DNA of 64,000 nucleotides from Saccharolobus islandicus REY15A (lineage in GTDB: Archaea; Thermoproteota; Thermoprotei_A; Sulfolobales; Sulfolobaceae). Below the pieces are notes generated by a model. It did no database searches and had not been told where the DNA came from. It worked only from the letters and a program-made list of their open reading frames with translations. Location of the stretch: the NCBI RefSeq assembly GCF_000189555.1, contig NC_017276.1; one strand, given 5' to 3'. Shown piece by piece: positions 21,313 through 31,602 of this stretch (positions are counted from its first letter, which is position 1; every line of letters starts with the position of its first letter). The translations under genes were made by a program, and so were the position numbers.

Positions 21313-21615
21313 ATGCCACATTTCCTGATTCATAACAAAAACGACAACGTTGGAGTTGCCATAACTGACATTAAAGCTGGGGAAGAGGTGGAAGGAGTAT
21401 ACATTGAGGACATGGCAAAAGGACCTAAGATTAAGGCAATTAACAACATACCCTTAGGGCATAAGATAGCCTTAAGTAATCTTAAGCAAGGTGATACAGT
21501 GATAAAGTACGGTAGGCCAATAGGATCTGCTATAAAGGAGATTAAGATTGGAGAACACGTACACGTACATAATATAAGATCTAACAGGTGGGGAAAATGG
21601 AGAAAAAGCCAGTAA
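21313..21615 (+). CDS. SAF-domain small subunit of a UxaA family enzyme (SuyA-like)
   Basis: DNVGVA; IPLGHKIAL; VIKYG; GEHVHVHN. Confidence 0.88.
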   Translation: MPHFLIHNKNDNVGVAITDIKAGEEVEGVYIEDMAKGPKIKAINNIPLGHKIALSNLKQGDTVIKYGRPIGSAIKEIKIGEHVHVHNIRSNRWGKWRKSQ

Positions 21616-22763
21616 TAAAGGGTTACATTAGGGAAAATGGTAGCGTTGGAGTTAGAAATTACGTAACCGTAATACCGGTAGATGACCTATCTAATTCCGC
21701 TGCAATAGGAGTATCGAAACTAATTAGGGGTACTGTTGCAATTCCTCATCCATATGGTAGGTTACAATTTGGTAAAGACTTAGATTTACTCTTCCACGTT
21801 CTATCTGGGACTGGTGCAAACCCAAACGTAGCTGGAGCAATAGTTATTGGGATTGAGGAGAACTGGGCAAATAAGGTAGCTAATAAAATAGCTGAGACTG
21901 GAAAACCAGTCGAGGTTTTTCCTATTGAGGGAAATGGCGATTTGAGAGTAATTGAAAAGGCGAGTAGAAAGGCAAAGGAGATGGTTCAAGAGGCTAGTGA
22001 GAAACAGAGGACAGAAGTCGATCTATCCTCTTTAGTTATGAGTATTAAGTGTGGGGAGAGCGATACTACGTCTGGTTTGGCATCAAATCCAGCAACTGGG
22101 TATGCTGTTGATAAGCTGATTGATTACGGTGCAACAGTATTATTCGGAGAAACGTCCGAGTTAACTGGTGCTGAGGACATAGTTGCAAGTAGGATACCGG
22201 ATCCAGTGTTAAGAGAGAAGTTCATGAAGATTTACAAGGAATATGTGGATTTCATTGAAAGTCAAGGAGTCGATTTATTGGGTTCTCAACCAACTGAGGG
22301 GAACATTAAGGGAGGATTGTCGACAATAGAGGAAAAAGCTTTAGGAAATATACAAAAGTTGGGTACTAAACCTATAACTTGCGTGCTAGATTATTTAGAC
22401 CCATTAGAAAAGAATTCGTCTAGACTATGTTTCGTTAATACCTCATCTGCTGCAGCAGAGGCAGTTACATTGTTTGCCGCCAAGGGTTCTATACTTCACT
22501 TGTTCACTACTGGTCAAGGGAATGTTGTTGGGCATCCAATAATTCCCGTTGTTAAGATTTCGGCAAATCCAAAGACTGTTGCGACAATGAGTGAGCATAT
22601 TGACGTTGACGTTTCTGACTTACTTCAACTAAAGGTTAGTTTAAGGGAAGCTGGGGAGAGGATATTCAACTATACGATTAGAGTTGCAAATGGCAGGTTA
22701 ACTTCAGCTGAGCTATTACAACACGATGAGTTCTCACCAATAAAGCTTTACATAAGTGCTTGA
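21588..22763 (+). CDS. UxaA-family large subunit (SuyB-like sulfolactate sulfo-lyase/dehydratase)
   Basis: GVRN; PHPYGRLQFG; KCGESDTTSG; TIEEKALGN; TTGQGNVVG; C-terminal KLYISA. Confidence 0.88.
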   Translation: MGKMEKKPVIKGYIRENGSVGVRNYVTVIPVDDLSNSAAIGVSKLIRGTVAIPHPYGRLQFGKDLDLLFHVLSGTGANPNVAGAIVIGIEENWANKVANKIAETGKPVEVFPIEGNGDLRVIEKASRKAKEMVQEASEKQRTEVDLSSLVMSIKCGESDTTSGLASNPATGYAVDKLIDYGATVLFGETSELTGAEDIVASRIPDPVLREKFMKIYKEYVDFIESQGVDLLGSQPTEGNIKGGLSTIEEKALGNIQKLGTKPITCVLDYLDPLEKNSSRLCFVNTSSAAAEAVTLFAAKGSILHLFTTGQGNVVGHPIIPVVKISANPKTVATMSEHIDVDVSDLLQLKVSLREAGERIFNYTIRVANGRLTSAELLQHDEFSPIKLYISA

Positions 22764-23896
22764 GGATGAAGGTAAAACCTTTTTCTTTATCTATACCCTT
22801 TAATACTAATCCTCCCTCTGATTGGAAGGATACGTGGGATGTGCAACTCTACGTTAAAGTTGAAGATGAAGAAGATTACGGTTGGGGAGAAACATTAGTA
22901 GCGGGAAGCGGAATTATAAACTCTTACCTTTCCATTATAAATGATATAGTAATACCAGTTTTGTCTAAAGTAGAATTAACCGAACCAACAGACGTTAGGA
23001 CTATTTTAGAAAAGATTCTTTTTAGTGCTGGAAATTGCGGAGTTGTTTCCGGGGCCATAAGCGCTGTGGAAATGGCATTATGGGGTTTAAAAGCTAGGAA
23101 AAGTAATGTGGAATTGACTAGACTAATTGGTGGTAAAGTTAGAGATTCAGTAAAAGTATACGCTAGTTTTCCCAGATTTGGTAAAATTGATTATATTATT
23201 ATTGCAACTAGAAAATCTATAGAGAGAGGTTTTGATTTAGTTAAGCTTCATCAATCTCCTTCAAGTGTTATAGATGCGGTTAAAGCTATAAGAGGGAATT
23301 ACAAGGAAGTTAAAATAGCGATTGACCTTAATTCTCCTTTTGATAATCTAGATAAGGCTAAGGAGTTCGTGGACAAGGTTCATAAGTATGAGATTGAATG
23401 GGTAGAGGAACCATTATGGCCTCCCAATGATTACGATTTACTTTCCAAGCTTACTGAATTTTCTCCCATACCTATTGCAGCCGGAGAGAATGAATACTCC
23501 TTATACGGTTTTAAGAAAATGATCGAAAGTGGTATAACGTATCTACAACCAGATATTGCTAAGATTGGAGGGGTAAGTAAATTTCTAGAAATATTAGATT
23601 TGGCATCAAAACATAAGGTTAGAGTATTGCCTCACGATAGGCCTGACGCTTCTCCACTGTCCTTGATATACACGTTAAATCTCGGACTAGTAAAGAGCCA
23701 AATAGAAATGGTGGAGTATACAATTGCGGACTTTCCCAACGACCTATTTTACTCCTTGCCAAAATTCAAAGATGGCTATATATATCCCTCAGAGAACCCT
23801 GAAGTTATAGAGGAAAACATAGAAAAATATGGTTATAAAAATAGGCTCAGAATATTACATTTCAGTGATCTAGAAAGTAAACTAACAAGGAAATAA
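22760..23896 (+). CDS. Enolase-superfamily (mandelate racemase/MLE) enzyme
   Basis: GWGE; metal ligands DLN, EEP, GEN; QPD. Confidence 0.9.
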   Translation: MRMKVKPFSLSIPFNTNPPSDWKDTWDVQLYVKVEDEEDYGWGETLVAGSGIINSYLSIINDIVIPVLSKVELTEPTDVRTILEKILFSAGNCGVVSGAISAVEMALWGLKARKSNVELTRLIGGKVRDSVKVYASFPRFGKIDYIIIATRKSIERGFDLVKLHQSPSSVIDAVKAIRGNYKEVKIAIDLNSPFDNLDKAKEFVDKVHKYEIEWVEEPLWPPNDYDLLSKLTEFSPIPIAAGENEYSLYGFKKMIESGITYLQPDIAKIGGVSKFLEILDLASKHKVRVLPHDRPDASPLSLIYTLNLGLVKSQIEMVEYTIADFPNDLFYSLPKFKDGYIYPSENPEVIEENIEKYGYKNRLRILHFSDLESKLTRK

Positions 23897-24465
23897 TCCG
23901 AAGAATTTACAAGAAAAGTGTGAAGAAAACCTATACAGTTTTATCTAATTTTGAAGAAATTTAGACATGACCGAGGAAAAGACAATTAAATGGTGATATA
24001 TATTTGAGCTTAACACCAGTCGCTAATAGTTAGCGAGATTAAACCTCTTTAACCTTTTCCCACTTATATTCGTGTTTACCAGTGGCATAACTTATCCTCA
24101 CTTTTAATTACTTTGGAAACCTGAATGGCCCAATTTACCACATCATTGATGTATATAATTGGAATATCACGAACAAAAATCTATTAATTAATTTTTTAGT
24201 AAATATGCAAATATTTTTAAATGTTGGAAGAATATCTTTTTCGTTTACTGAGGTACTGATGAGTAATTCCTTCTTCCCTGAACAAATAATTCTTATAATT
24301 CCAACTTTGATAGTTGCCTCTTTAATATTCTATAGAGATAAAAAGAAGATCTCCTATAAAAAGTTTTATGACAGTTATCATAAAATTAAGAAATATGAGC
24401 TTTTTATACTCAAGGGAATATTGCCATACCAATAATAAGTGCACCATGAGATAAGTACTTCATCT

Positions 24466-25563
24466 TTAATGCTCAAATTTTGAAATTTTGACTTTATAGA
24501 TTATAAATGATACTAACCAAGCTGTTGCAAATGTACCAATTATTATCGTCCCAATACTTGACCACCATCGATCACCATTTATTATTGTAATTAGTTCCCA
24601 AAAAGGTCCACTGAAGTTAAATTCTGCTTGAACTACTCCCAAAAATTCCAATGTCCCTATCAAATAAGCTACTAGTATTGATATAGTAGTCATTGTTAGG
24701 TTATACCATAATTTTCTAATTGGATTTCCACTAAAAGCCCAACCGTAAGCTCCGCTCATATAAAATCCATCTGTAGTGTCAATAAGACTCATCCCCGCTG
24801 TAAATAATAAAGGAAATACTAGAAGATTCCATAAGGGTAATTTTAAAAATATCCCTGCTGCAGCTGCAGAAATGGCTAAAAGTGCTGTTTCTGAAGCCGT
24901 ATCGAATCCTAACCCAAACAGTACCCCTATTGGATACATGTAGTGCTGTTTATCTACTACTTTGAACAGCTTGCCGAAAAATCTACTCATAAATCCTCTC
25001 TTTAATAGGAGATCTTGTAGTTTCTTCTCATCCATATTCTTATTCATAGTATATTGATTATAGATTTGATAAATTTCTAATAAAATAACAAAGTTAAGAG
25101 ATCCTATAATGTATAAAAATCCTCCACTTATAAGCGTACCGAGTACGCTACCCATGTTCTCAAGTATCGAAATATTGGAAACGATAAAACGGGTTGCAAC
25201 TATTAAACTAACTGCTAATAATATAACTATCGTTGAATGGCCTAACGAAAAGAACAACCCAGTAAATTGTGCTGGTTTCCCCTCTTGAATTAACTTTCTC
25301 GTTGAGTTGTCTATTGCTGCTAGATGATCTGGATCTATAGCATGTCTTAAACCGAAGAAATATGCTAATACGCCAAGCGTAAAGAAGGTTCCCTTAATCT
25401 GTGATTCCGAAATATTAACGGGAGTATTCCCCACAACTCTTGCAGATACGAGTAACCAGTAAAAGAGAAATCCAGTTATAATTACTTCGCTCATATAAAA
25501 TAGAACTACATTAACTAGAGATTCTTTACCCCTAGATGACATTCCTTTATTCCATTTATCCAT
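24466..25563 (-). CDS. HoxN/NixA nickel-cobalt permease (NiCoT)
   Basis: RHAIDPDHLAAID; FSLGHST; LFGLGFDTASE. Confidence 0.93.
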   Translation of the reverse strand: MDKWNKGMSSRGKESLVNVVLFYMSEVIITGFLFYWLLVSARVVGNTPVNISESQIKGTFFTLGVLAYFFGLRHAIDPDHLAAIDNSTRKLIQEGKPAQFTGLFFSLGHSTIVILLAVSLIVATRFIVSNISILENMGSVLGTLISGGFLYIIGSLNFVILLEIYQIYNQYTMNKNMDEKKLQDLLLKRGFMSRFFGKLFKVVDKQHYMYPIGVLFGLGFDTASETALLAISAAAAGIFLKLPLWNLLVFPLLFTAGMSLIDTTDGFYMSGAYGWAFSGNPIRKLWYNLTMTTISILVAYLIGTLEFLGVVQAEFNFSGPFWELITIINGDRWWSSIGTIIIGTFATAWLVSFIIYKVKISKFEH

Positions 25564-25727
25564 ATAATCAGTCTTCCATTAAAATATTTAAACATTACTA
25601 CTAGATTCTTTAGTAATTCATACCAACGTAATTCGTACTAATTCTTCAGTAAAAAATGTTTCTTTCATGTATACTTAAAGTGACTCAAATGGCAACACTT
25701 ATAAGTTTACTATAGAAACATTTCCAT

Positions 25728-26366
25728 ATGTCATTATCACAAATAGCTTACGAGAAAATTCTGGAATACATTATTACTGGCAAATATAAGCCCGGTAGCA
25801 CTCTGAAAGAAGAGGAGCTTGCGTCATTACTTAAGATTAGTAGAACCCCAATTAGGGAAGCCTTAGTTAGGTTAGAAAAGGAGGGAGTGATAGTAAAAAA
25901 TGGTAAATCATTCACCGTAATACCGTTAACTGAAAGTGATATTCTTCAACTCTACGAGGTTAGAATTAACCTGGAGTCTCTAGCAGCTAAACTAGCAGCA
26001 ATAAGAGCTAGCCAAGATGAGATTAACAAGATCATAAACGTTTTAAACGAGATAAAGGAGTCAGTAAATGCTGATCCATTAACCTTAGCCAACTTAAACG
26101 GTAACTTACATAGAACCATCGCCGAGGCGTCACACAACAAATACATTGTGGATATTTTGGATAGTATTAGATTAAAACTAAAAATTGTTAGGATAACCTT
26201 GTTTACCAGCTTCCAGAGAAGGGATGATGAGTTTAGGGAACACGAGAGTATAGTGATAGCAATAAAGAATCGCAGTCCAGATTTGGCTTATGATATGATG
26301 AGAATGCATGAGGAGAAAGTTTTAGAATACGTGAAGCAAAACATTCTACCAGTGTTGTTTAGATAA
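25728..26366 (+). CDS. GntR (FadR/FCD) transcriptional regulator
   Basis: SRTPIREAL HTH; C-terminal FCD with H...EH...H. Confidence 0.93.
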   Translation: MSLSQIAYEKILEYIITGKYKPGSTLKEEELASLLKISRTPIREALVRLEKEGVIVKNGKSFTVIPLTESDILQLYEVRINLESLAAKLAAIRASQDEINKIINVLNEIKESVNADPLTLANLNGNLHRTIAEASHNKYIVDILDSIRLKLKIVRITLFTSFQRRDDEFREHESIVIAIKNRSPDLAYDMMRMHEEKVLEYVKQNILPVLFR

Positions 26367-26396
26367 AATTTTATGCTCAATTCTCATTATTAACTT

Positions 26397-27206
26397 ATGA
26401 TAAGGAGATCCCAGTTATACGTTCCCGCAATTTCCGAAAAGATGATAAGAAAATCGATTGAACTAAAGGCTGATTCGATAATTTTCGATCTTGAAGATGC
26501 TGTACCTCCAGAGGATAAGGAAAGAGCAAGGGAATTGCTAATTAAACTTGTGAAGGAATTGGATTGGGGTAAGAGGGAGTTATGCGTTAGAGTTAACTCT
26601 TTACAGCTACTTGACTCCTATAAGGATATTACAGGAATTTCAAATGACGATAAGATCACGTGTATTGTTATACCTAAGGCTGAAAACGATCTCTCATTTC
26701 TCCACAAGGCAACTGGGAAATACTTGATACCGTTAATAGAGACTGCAAAGGGTTTAGTTAAGATTGAGGATATAGTTAGGTCTGAAGGTGTTGTCGCTGT
26801 AAGTTATGGTGCTGCTGATCTTTCCTTATCCCTTGGTGGAGACTATAATTTCTATGAAAAGAACGAGTACGTGAAGACTTTAATTGTTAGTGTAGCTAGG
26901 GCTTACGATGTTGACGCCATAGATAAAGTTTACTTCGATTTGAAGAACCTAGATGGATTTAGAAGAGAATGTGAGGAAGCAAAGAAGTTGGGGTACTTGG
27001 GAAAGCAAGTTATTCATCCTTCTCAGATTGACATTGCCAATGAGGTATTTTCCCCAAGCAAGGAGGAAATCGAGTGGGCTAAAAGGGTTATAGAAGCCTA
27101 CGAGAAGGGAAGAAGGGAAGGTAAGGGTGCCATAAGGTTAGATGATAAATTAGTTGATTACGTGCATTATAAGATTGCTAAGAGGATAATTGAGTTCCAG
27201 AGCTAG
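26397..27206 (+). CDS. CitE-like HpcH/HpaI aldolase/citrate lyase family protein
   Basis: RRSQLYVP; DLEDAV; VRVN; IET; GKQVIHPSQI. Confidence 0.92.
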   Translation: MIRRSQLYVPAISEKMIRKSIELKADSIIFDLEDAVPPEDKERARELLIKLVKELDWGKRELCVRVNSLQLLDSYKDITGISNDDKITCIVIPKAENDLSFLHKATGKYLIPLIETAKGLVKIEDIVRSEGVVAVSYGAADLSLSLGGDYNFYEKNEYVKTLIVSVARAYDVDAIDKVYFDLKNLDGFRRECEEAKKLGYLGKQVIHPSQIDIANEVFSPSKEEIEWAKRVIEAYEKGRREGKGAIRLDDKLVDYVHYKIAKRIIEFQS

Positions 27207-27606
27207 CATCCCTATATACAACCCAAGTACCTAAGGCCTTTGCGCATAAATTACCGTTACCATCATATGCTGATATGTCAACTACTATTAGCCTCTTTCC
27301 CTCACTTATTATTCTAGCTTCTACTATAAATGGACCATCCTTCATTGGCTTCAAAAAGTTTATTTTGAGTTCCACTGTGACTCCATCCTTCACGTTTTCC
27401 AAAGTTCTCACGGCGTAGCTACCTGCATAGTCAACTGCTGAGAATATTATTCCACCGTGTAAAATCCCACCTATTCTAGTCAACTTTTCGTTGAAATTGA
27501 ATTTTAGCCTTGCGTAACCTCTTTCAAGTTTTTCAAACTTGATTCCTATAAAATTGAAAATTTCCTCTTGTTTAAGCATCTCATTTACTTCGCTTGCCGA
27601 TAACAT
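27178..27606 (-). CDS. PaaI-family thioesterase
   Basis: ILHGGIIFSAVD; hotdog fold. Confidence 0.9.
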   Translation of the reverse strand: MLSASEVNEMLKQEEIFNFIGIKFEKLERGYARLKFNFNEKLTRIGGILHGGIIFSAVDYAGSYAVRTLENVKDGVTVELKINFLKPMKDGPFIVEARIISEGKRLIVVDISAYDGNGNLCAKALGTWVVYRDASSGTQLSS

Positions 27607-27737
27607 GAGAATAAGTTTTCATTCATCATTAAAAAGTTTCTTACATCATGGCGTAAGGGTCATTGGACTATGCTGTATAGTGGGTCAATTAGTGAATACT
27701 TTTCATTCTCCTTAAGTACTATTCTCGCATTAATCAA

Positions 27738-28510
27738 CTATTTCAATGCGTGATTAAAAGTCCAATCCTTAATGTCTCTCCTCAAGAATCCCTCAGAAAC
27801 CTTCTTTAAATCCCTCCACCTAGCCTGTTTCATGATACTCAACGCCTTAATTATAACTTGCTGAATCTCGCTTAAACTCGAGAATTCGCTTAAAATTATT
27901 GTCCTAACTATCTTAGTGACCTCATCCTGAGCTCTACGGTGAGTATAACCTAAACTCCTCAAATTTCCGTAATATGTCAACCAACCAATAATTCCTCGAT
28001 ATGTATTACTAGCGTCAATTATTTCCTCTTCACTCATGTTTATATTACACGTATCTTTCCAGTACTTAAGAAAGTTAACAATCTCCTCAAAAGTAAAGGG
28101 TTTTATTTCGATTTCAATTATTGGTCTTCCCTTAAATTGATATGAAAATTTTTCTCCTATTCCTTCACCAGTTATGATTTTTGACATACCAATCATCGAA
28201 CCAGTAAATACGAATCTGATATCTGTCGTATTGTATGCTACCGATAAAACCCTAATAAACCAAGGCGTTATAATGTTTTGAACCTCATCAATTCCAATAA
28301 TGGTATTACCGAGTTTAGAAAGAGCTTTTTGTAAAGCTTGTGAAGGACTTTTTTCACCCTCGATTTTCACAAACTTCAAGTCTATCTGAAACTTTATCAA
28401 TACTTGAGATGAGATTTGATTGACTAGTTCTTTTAATGAGGAAATTCCAGACGCGTCAATATAGATTCCATTTAATTCCTTAGTAACTATCTTATACTTC
28501 CCCAGACTTT
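27738..28510 (-). pseudogene. Archaeal ATPase remnant, N-terminus lost
   Basis: Walker B IGIDEVQ and FTGS retained; no Walker A; abuts a MITE fragment. Confidence 0.8.
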
Positions 28511-28532
28511 AAAGGTTAAGGTCAGCATAAGT

Positions 28533-28673
28533 GAGTGTGGACAACAATTTTGTTAATTTAGTATAAATTATATAAAGTGTGAATTCAATTTCAATTCATC
28601 ACAAGATTTGTCAGTTAATAAAGTAAGTAGTAACAATTTTGATTTCAATTAAAATTTTTATTGTAAAATTAAA
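28533..28673. mobile_element. Truncated copy of the 203-bp MITE
   Basis: Begins GAGTGTGGACAACAATTTTG and aligns with the reverse complement of 45339 inward for about 140 bp. Confidence 0.8.
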
Positions 28674-28675
28674 GT

Positions 28676-28807
28676 GCCCAAAGGCCTACCACACTTAACA
28701 ACATGATGACTACCACAAGAGGGACAAGAAACGTCTTGCCTAACTACAGCCTTCCTACCCATAAGTAATACTCGTTATACAAATATAAATAGCTTAATAA
28801 CGACACT
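28676..28807 (-). mobile_element. IS1-family (ISC796-like) 5' fragment
   Basis: ATG at 28762 gives MGRKAVVRQDVSCPSCGSHHVVKCGRPLG, the zinc-finger start of an IS1 transposase. Confidence 0.75.
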
Positions 28808-28809
28808 CT

Positions 28810-29165
28810 CTACTCGCCCATCAAGTACTTAGCTAGGTTAATGTGGTAAACTCCAGTACTTTCAATACCTATCTTGCAATCCTTAAGCAAGATCTTCCTT
28901 ATCTCCTCATAACCTCGCTTGTCGTTAGGAAACTCGTAGTATTTGTCTTGGAAATACATAATTAATTTATCTTTTGATACAACTATTCCTGCAACTGGGG
29001 CCTCCAATTATACTCACCCTTATTCGGGCTTTAAGCCCAACTTCCGGTTCGAATTGCAGGTGGGCTAAGCTAACAGCCGAGCTTTGAGCCCAAGAGGCGA
29101 AACGGTCTACACCCCAGTCAGATCTGTATTACACAGATCTGACTAATATGTTTATATAAGAGGCG
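28810..29165 (-). mobile_element. IS110-family left part: non-coding end plus truncated transposase
   Basis: MEAPVAGIVVSKD...GIESTGVYH (RuvC-like; first Asp changed to Val); hairpin-rich non-coding region 29008-29165. Confidence 0.85.
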
Positions 29166-29274
29166 AATCATCTGGTGCTTACCCATTTTATGCATAACGT
29201 TACTAAGACCTCATTATCTATAAGGGCTCCAAAGAATCGTAAATCATTAGAAATCGATGAGAGGGGATAGTGAA

Positions 29275-29388
29275 CTAGTAGGATCTATAAGGAAAACCTT
29301 GAATTCCCATAAGTTCAAATATAGCGGATATACTACCAAGCAAGAGCAGTAAAATTCCAATAATCATCAAAATTAAAACCAGTTTCAT
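29275..29388 (-). CDS. Possible 37-aa single-TM peptide
   Basis: MKLVLILMIIGILLLLLGSISAIFELMGIQGFPYRSY*; downstream of and co-oriented with 29442-29777. Confidence 0.35.
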   Translation of the reverse strand: MKLVLILMIIGILLLLLGSISAIFELMGIQGFPYRSY

Positions 29389-29441
29389 AAACCATCCTTT
29401 AAACGGGATATTTAATAGGATATACTTAATGTTTTAGACTA

Positions 29442-29777
29442 TCATATTTCAAATAAAATGGAAATCAAATATAGCATTTCAATCAGCTCATAAAAACCAT
29501 AATATTTTAGCCTTTCAGCGGAATATAGCTTGCTTAGATACCCCTTTAAATAAGCTATTCCCCCTATAAGGTGAATTATGAGATAAATATATGATATTAC
29601 AAGGATAATTTTATTTTTATATATAATTGTTGAAAATATGATCATAAAATAAAATATCATTTCATAGACTGCGATTAAATTACCAATAAACTTTGGGAAA
29701 GTCCTTTTAGAAAAAGATAGTGAGACTCCTAATGCATGTATGACGATCATGATGAATGTTAAATACAACAGTAACAT
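29442..29777 (-). CDS. Hypothetical membrane protein
   Basis: 111 aa with about four hydrophobic helices. Confidence 0.65.
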   Translation of the reverse strand: MLLLYLTFIMIVIHALGVSLSFSKRTFPKFIGNLIAVYEMIFYFMIIFSTIIYKNKIILVISYIYLIIHLIGGIAYLKGYLSKLYSAERLKYYGFYELIEMLYLISILFEI

Positions 29778-29849
29778 ATTAAGACCAGTTTAAGGTTAAA
29801 TTAAAAATAGATACCCTTAATAATTAGGTTAAAGCGGTATAGATAAGAT

Positions 29850-30400
29850 GATCGTGAGGGTGGTTAACACGGCCAGAGATTTGATCAGCTCCCTTAACTT
29901 GAAGAGCGTGGAGGAACTTCTCCGGTTCGTTGAAATACGTTTAGGAGGTGCTCTAGGTTTGATGAAAATCTTCAAGCTGCGTTAAAGTAGAACAACTGCT
30001 ATTAACGTTAAGTTTCCCTCCGAGCACAGAGTAGAAGGATAATAATTCTTTTAGGATTAGTTTGCTTTCTCTTTGGAGTTCTTCTTCAGTTCTCGTTTTT
30101 ACTCTCTTCCCGTCCTTATAAAGGATTGGGAGGGTTATAGTTATCCAGTGTAATTTGTAAGTTATTCTTCTTCTTGTCTTTGTGATGTTGAATCCTTTGA
30201 TGAACTTGTAGTGTGAGTAGCCTCTTCTTTGTATTTTCTTTCCTCTTGCGTATTTTGGGCTTATTTTTCTGCTTCTTCAAGGGCTATCTTCTCGATCTCG
30301 TCAACCGTTTTGTTTAATAATGCGTTTTGTTGAAGTACATTTGGGGCGAGGAGGATCGTGGAGTGGAGGACTCCGCGATTACTCGTGAATTGTGCTTCTT
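29850..30400 (-). pseudogene. Decayed transposase remnant (family uncertain, possibly IS256/ISH6-like)
   Basis: Strong strand purine skew; broken frame KISPKYARGKKIQRRGYSHYKF...ITLPILYKDGKRVKT. Confidence 0.45.
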
Positions 30401-30909
30401 GCATAGTGTAATATCCTGCTCGTCCCCTATTAGTATTACCTCTTAGTGTACAATCAATTATTCTAAGCTCATTTTATAGAAATAAAGTGAATTCGCAATG
30501 GAAACCTAAATAGCCCTCCCATACTGTAATGCATTTTTATTCTTACCTTTCTTCGATTTATTGAACTCCAATCATTTATAAATTTCGTTATCCTTAATCT
30601 TTATTCTCCATTGGCAATAGGGATGATAGTGTCTTCAAGGTAAAATGCTCCAGAAGATGGAAAGTTGGTAAGCTATGATTATAGCAAATGCCACTCTAAA
30701 TTTTCTTAGACATTAAATTTATTTAATTGGTTTAAATTCAAAATTAAATATTAGATTAAAAGTGACTTTAATGCTATCTCTGAGAAAAATTGAAGTAAAC
30801 TATAAAGTAGGAAATACCATAAAGTGAAATATTAGGTAAAGCTAAGCCCATCTAGAAAACCGGCTATACGTCCTCTAGTGATCTAACAAAAAAGGAATAA
30901 AGTTCTCCG

Positions 30910-31398
30910 TTAATTGATATCGAAAGGTATTCTATGCAAAACTGCATAACAATTAAGTATAGATATGCCTAATATTTCGTTTTCCGCAGCCGATTGCCAA
31001 GGAATAGTAAAGAAAAGTATCCAACCTATTATTATCATCAACAATATTATAGAGATTCCTATCGGCTTCTTCACAAAAATAAGGAGATACCTATTGGTAT
31101 ATAAGAAATAGCCTATAGGATGAAAAAACCACAAAGATACGAAGTTATGAGGATATGTAGCCTCATGATATATGCCTATTAAAGCTAAGAATAATGCCGT
31201 AATTATAAAGAAAGAAACTAGTTCAAATTGCATAATTAAATACGAACCAAGAGCCCTACTGTTATATAAAAAAAGAATAATTGCAAATATACACAAAGAA
31301 TGTAAAAATAAAGTCGTTGCTAAAGTCCCACTACCAGCTACAAAAGTGAAAAAGCCAACGCTAAGTGTAGGACTAGTTAGATTATTTAAAAACTCCAT
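30910..31398 (-). CDS. Membrane protein, DUF998-like, possibly partial
   Basis: LALIGIYHE...H and IPWQSAAENE motifs. Confidence 0.55.
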   Translation of the reverse strand: MEFLNNLTSPTLSVGFFTFVAGSGTLATTLFLHSLCIFAIILFLYNSRALGSYLIMQFELVSFFIITALFLALIGIYHEATYPHNFVSLWFFHPIGYFLYTNRYLLIFVKKPIGISIILLMIIIGWILFFTIPWQSAAENEILGISILNCYAVLHRIPFDIN

Positions 31399-31413
31399 TT
31401 AAAAACAATAATT

Positions 31414-31596
31414 CTAACTATAAAAGATAAATAAAACAGTATAGGAAAGTAAATCTATCCACATCAATATTACCGAGATTAAGTTAAATTTTAGCAATTG
31501 TGCATCTATTGAAATAATATCGATACCCATTACTATTGCAAGATATGCTGCATGAAGTCGTTTAATAGCATCTGTAAAACCAGTCAACTCCGACAT
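31414..31596 (-). pseudogene. N-terminal fragment of a TDT/SLAC1-family transporter
   Basis: AYLAIVMGIDIISI resembles the FxxVMGTGI motif; only 60 aa. Confidence 0.5.
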
Positions 31597-31602
31597 TAAT
31601 AG

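Noticed and set aside
24205-24435. 76-aa ORF downstream of the NiCoT gene
   Set aside because: TTG/ATG frame in very AT-rich DNA with no recognisable motif.
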